From NCBI GenBank assembly GCA_049278975.1, contig JBAPNE010000059.1:1-53945 (forward strand): DNA of 53,945 bases. The letters are read 5' to 3'. The stretch's first letter is position 1, and each line of letters begins with the position of its first letter. Under the pieces are notes generated by a model. It was given only the letters and a program-made list of their open reading frames with translations, was not told the origin of the DNA and did not search any database. Of this stretch, positions 52,315 to 53,945 are shown in pieces. The DNA comes from Candidatus Kryptoniota bacterium (GTDB lineage: Bacteria; Bacteroidota; Ignavibacteria; Kryptoniales; JAKASW01). The position numbers and the translations under genes are program-made.

Positions 52315-53940
52315 ATGAGGAAGGGAATAATCGGTTTATCGGTTGTTGTTTCTCTTCTGATATTTTCGAGATGTTCGAACTGGAAGGCTGGCTCGTTCGT
52401 GATGCCGTCATGGGACACACAGCTTGCAGCGCCGATTTTCAATCGATCGTACACTCTTGAAGAGATTCTATGGAAAGACTTAACGACAGTTTCAAACGGG
52501 GATACGACGTTCTTAAATCCGGTCGGCTCAATAAGTGTGTTTTCGCTTTTTCGAACACAGCCAGTGACAGGGGTATCGTTTGCAGGGCAACTTAAGATTG
52601 AATCGGCGGGGATAAATTATGGAGAGACAAACCCGGCATTGCCGGCAGCTGGGTCATTAGCTGCTGTTCCTCCAATCCCGTCACAGAATTTTACTCGAGA
52701 CTCATCGTTTGAAAATTTTCAATCCGCAACAATAAGCAGCGGGACATTGAATATCATGATAAAAAATGATTATCCGGCAACCATAATTGTATCGAACATC
52801 AGTGTACTAGATCCTTCCAATAACCGTTTTATACTCAGCGTCCCGATCCCCGGTAACTCATTAGCTCCTAACCAATCAGATAGTTTAAGCCAATCTCTTG
52901 CAGGAATTACTTTACCAAACAATCCGGAAGTCTCTTTCACATACAGTTCTCCCGGCGACCCCACACCTCGAATTTTTCAATCGGAAACTGTGGTGGAGGT
53001 TTCATTGAACATGTCGGATATCGTGGTTTCATCGGCTACCGGTCAGATTCAGCTGAAGGATCCGATCAGTATTGCAACCGACACACAAACAGTAAATCTC
53101 GGAGATTTCAAGACGAAGTTTCATGGAACAGTAGTGTTCAGCCCATCGACAAAGCTGACATTAAATATCAACTTGAGCGGTGGATTTCCGACATTGGCGC
53201 ATCTCGTGTTAACGCCGGCGAATAGTAATGTGAACAACGGCCCGATCTATGCCGATTCAGTCGATCAGATGATATATCCGGCCCAGAATAACTCCGTTGA
53301 TTTTGGATCGAACTTTGCAACAGCTCTTAATTCTTATTCAGCAGCGACTAATACTATCCCTGATGAATTCATAATAAGTGGTTATGCGATTGTTAATCCG
53401 GGTCCGCCTTACGCCGCGTACGCTGACGGAACAATCACCAACAATGACGGGGTTGCTGGTACAGGGACGTTATCGATACCGCTTGATTTGGGTATCACGA
53501 ATGGAGTGTTTATTGACACGTCGAACTCTCCAGTGATCAAAGACTCGAGTACGTCAACGAAACTCGCTAACGTTGACAGCGGAGAAGTTACTTTTGAAAT
53601 TAACAATGGATTGCCGTTACGATTATCTTTCATAACCCAATTGATCGACACTACGACCCACAGGGTGATAATGACATTTCCGCAGGACAGCATCGTAATT
53701 CCGGCGGCAACGCAATTCAACGCCGATGGTACAGTCAGCTCACCTATGTACAGCAAAAACGAGGTTCCGCTTACTCACGATCAGGCGATGGCACTTGGTC
53801 ATTCATATATGAAGTTTACTTTTGGGATGCTGACTTCTCCCGACCAAAGTACCGTTGCGTTCACTAAGAACAACACAATCTCCCTGAAGGTTTATGCGAA
53901 CCTTGTCTTCAAGGTTGATAAAAACTTGGTCGGCAAGTGA
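52315..53940 (+). CDS. Hypothetical lipoprotein (541 aa)
   Basis: Signal/lipobox MRKGIIGLSVVVSLLIFSRCS and a beta-rich composition. No motif was recognised. Confidence 0.6.
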   Translation: MRKGIIGLSVVVSLLIFSRCSNWKAGSFVMPSWDTQLAAPIFNRSYTLEEILWKDLTTVSNGDTTFLNPVGSISVFSLFRTQPVTGVSFAGQLKIESAGINYGETNPALPAAGSLAAVPPIPSQNFTRDSSFENFQSATISSGTLNIMIKNDYPATIIVSNISVLDPSNNRFILSVPIPGNSLAPNQSDSLSQSLAGITLPNNPEVSFTYSSPGDPTPRIFQSETVVEVSLNMSDIVVSSATGQIQLKDPISIATDTQTVNLGDFKTKFHGTVVFSPSTKLTLNINLSGGFPTLAHLVLTPANSNVNNGPIYADSVDQMIYPAQNNSVDFGSNFATALNSYSAATNTIPDEFIISGYAIVNPGPPYAAYADGTITNNDGVAGTGTLSIPLDLGITNGVFIDTSNSPVIKDSSTSTKLANVDSGEVTFEINNGLPLRLSFITQLIDTTTHRVIMTFPQDSIVIPAATQFNADGTVSSPMYSKNEVPLTHDQAMALGHSYMKFTFGMLTSPDQSTVAFTKNNTISLKVYANLVFKVDKNLVGK

Positions 53941-53945
53941 GAGGA

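Overview
This window looks like a chromosomal segment from a bacterium of the FCB group, possibly Ignavibacteria- or Bacteroidota-like. That placement is an inference from three secreted proteins ending in the same ...NYPNPFNP(T/S)T...GVYFY... tail, which resembles a T9SS C-terminal sorting domain, plus a PorV/PorQ-like gene.

Layout:
- 1-5.2 kb: the tail of an outer-membrane barrel gene, a 1234-aa secreted protein and a PorV-like gene.
- 5.3-16.7 kb: a starch/maltodextrin locus with a CBM-like T9SS cargo protein, a GH13 amylase T9SS cargo protein, a SurA-like chaperone, malEFG-like ABC components (no ATPase gene) and an MFS/GPH sugar symporter.
- 17.1-32.5 kb: an accessory segment bracketed by two diverged copies of a hairpin-rich composite repeat. 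It holds a type I R-M system with three passenger genes between its subunits, in the order hsdR, DUF559 endonuclease cassette, membrane-inserted P-loop NTPase, hsdS, then fic, hsdM. It also holds a frameshifted gene, a sigma-70-like gene and an ImmA/IrrE-like peptidase.
- 32.6-36.6 kb: an operon of two Ddl-like ATP-grasp ligases, a GNAT and a KamA-family radical-SAM aminomutase.
- 37.0-42.8 kb: a 1246-aa T9SS cargo protein with cohesin- and dockerin-like modules, and a second GH13 enzyme.
- 42.7-46.4 kb, minus strand: a tightly coupled ferredoxin, geranylgeranyl-reductase-like, deacetylase-like and DMT operon.
- 46.5-53.9 kb: dnaG, a DUF2064-like gene, nadD, a TPR lipoprotein, a DUF3467 gene and a lipoprotein.

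No rRNA, tRNA, CRISPR array, integrase or transposase was recognised.

The most interesting candidates are:
- the KAP-like NTPase translationally coupled to hsdS;
- twin in-frame 20-nt palindromes inside hsdS and hsdM;
- the repeat-bracketed DUF559 cassette;
- the ATP-grasp/GNAT/KamA operon.

All family assignments come from motif recognition by eye. No database search was run.
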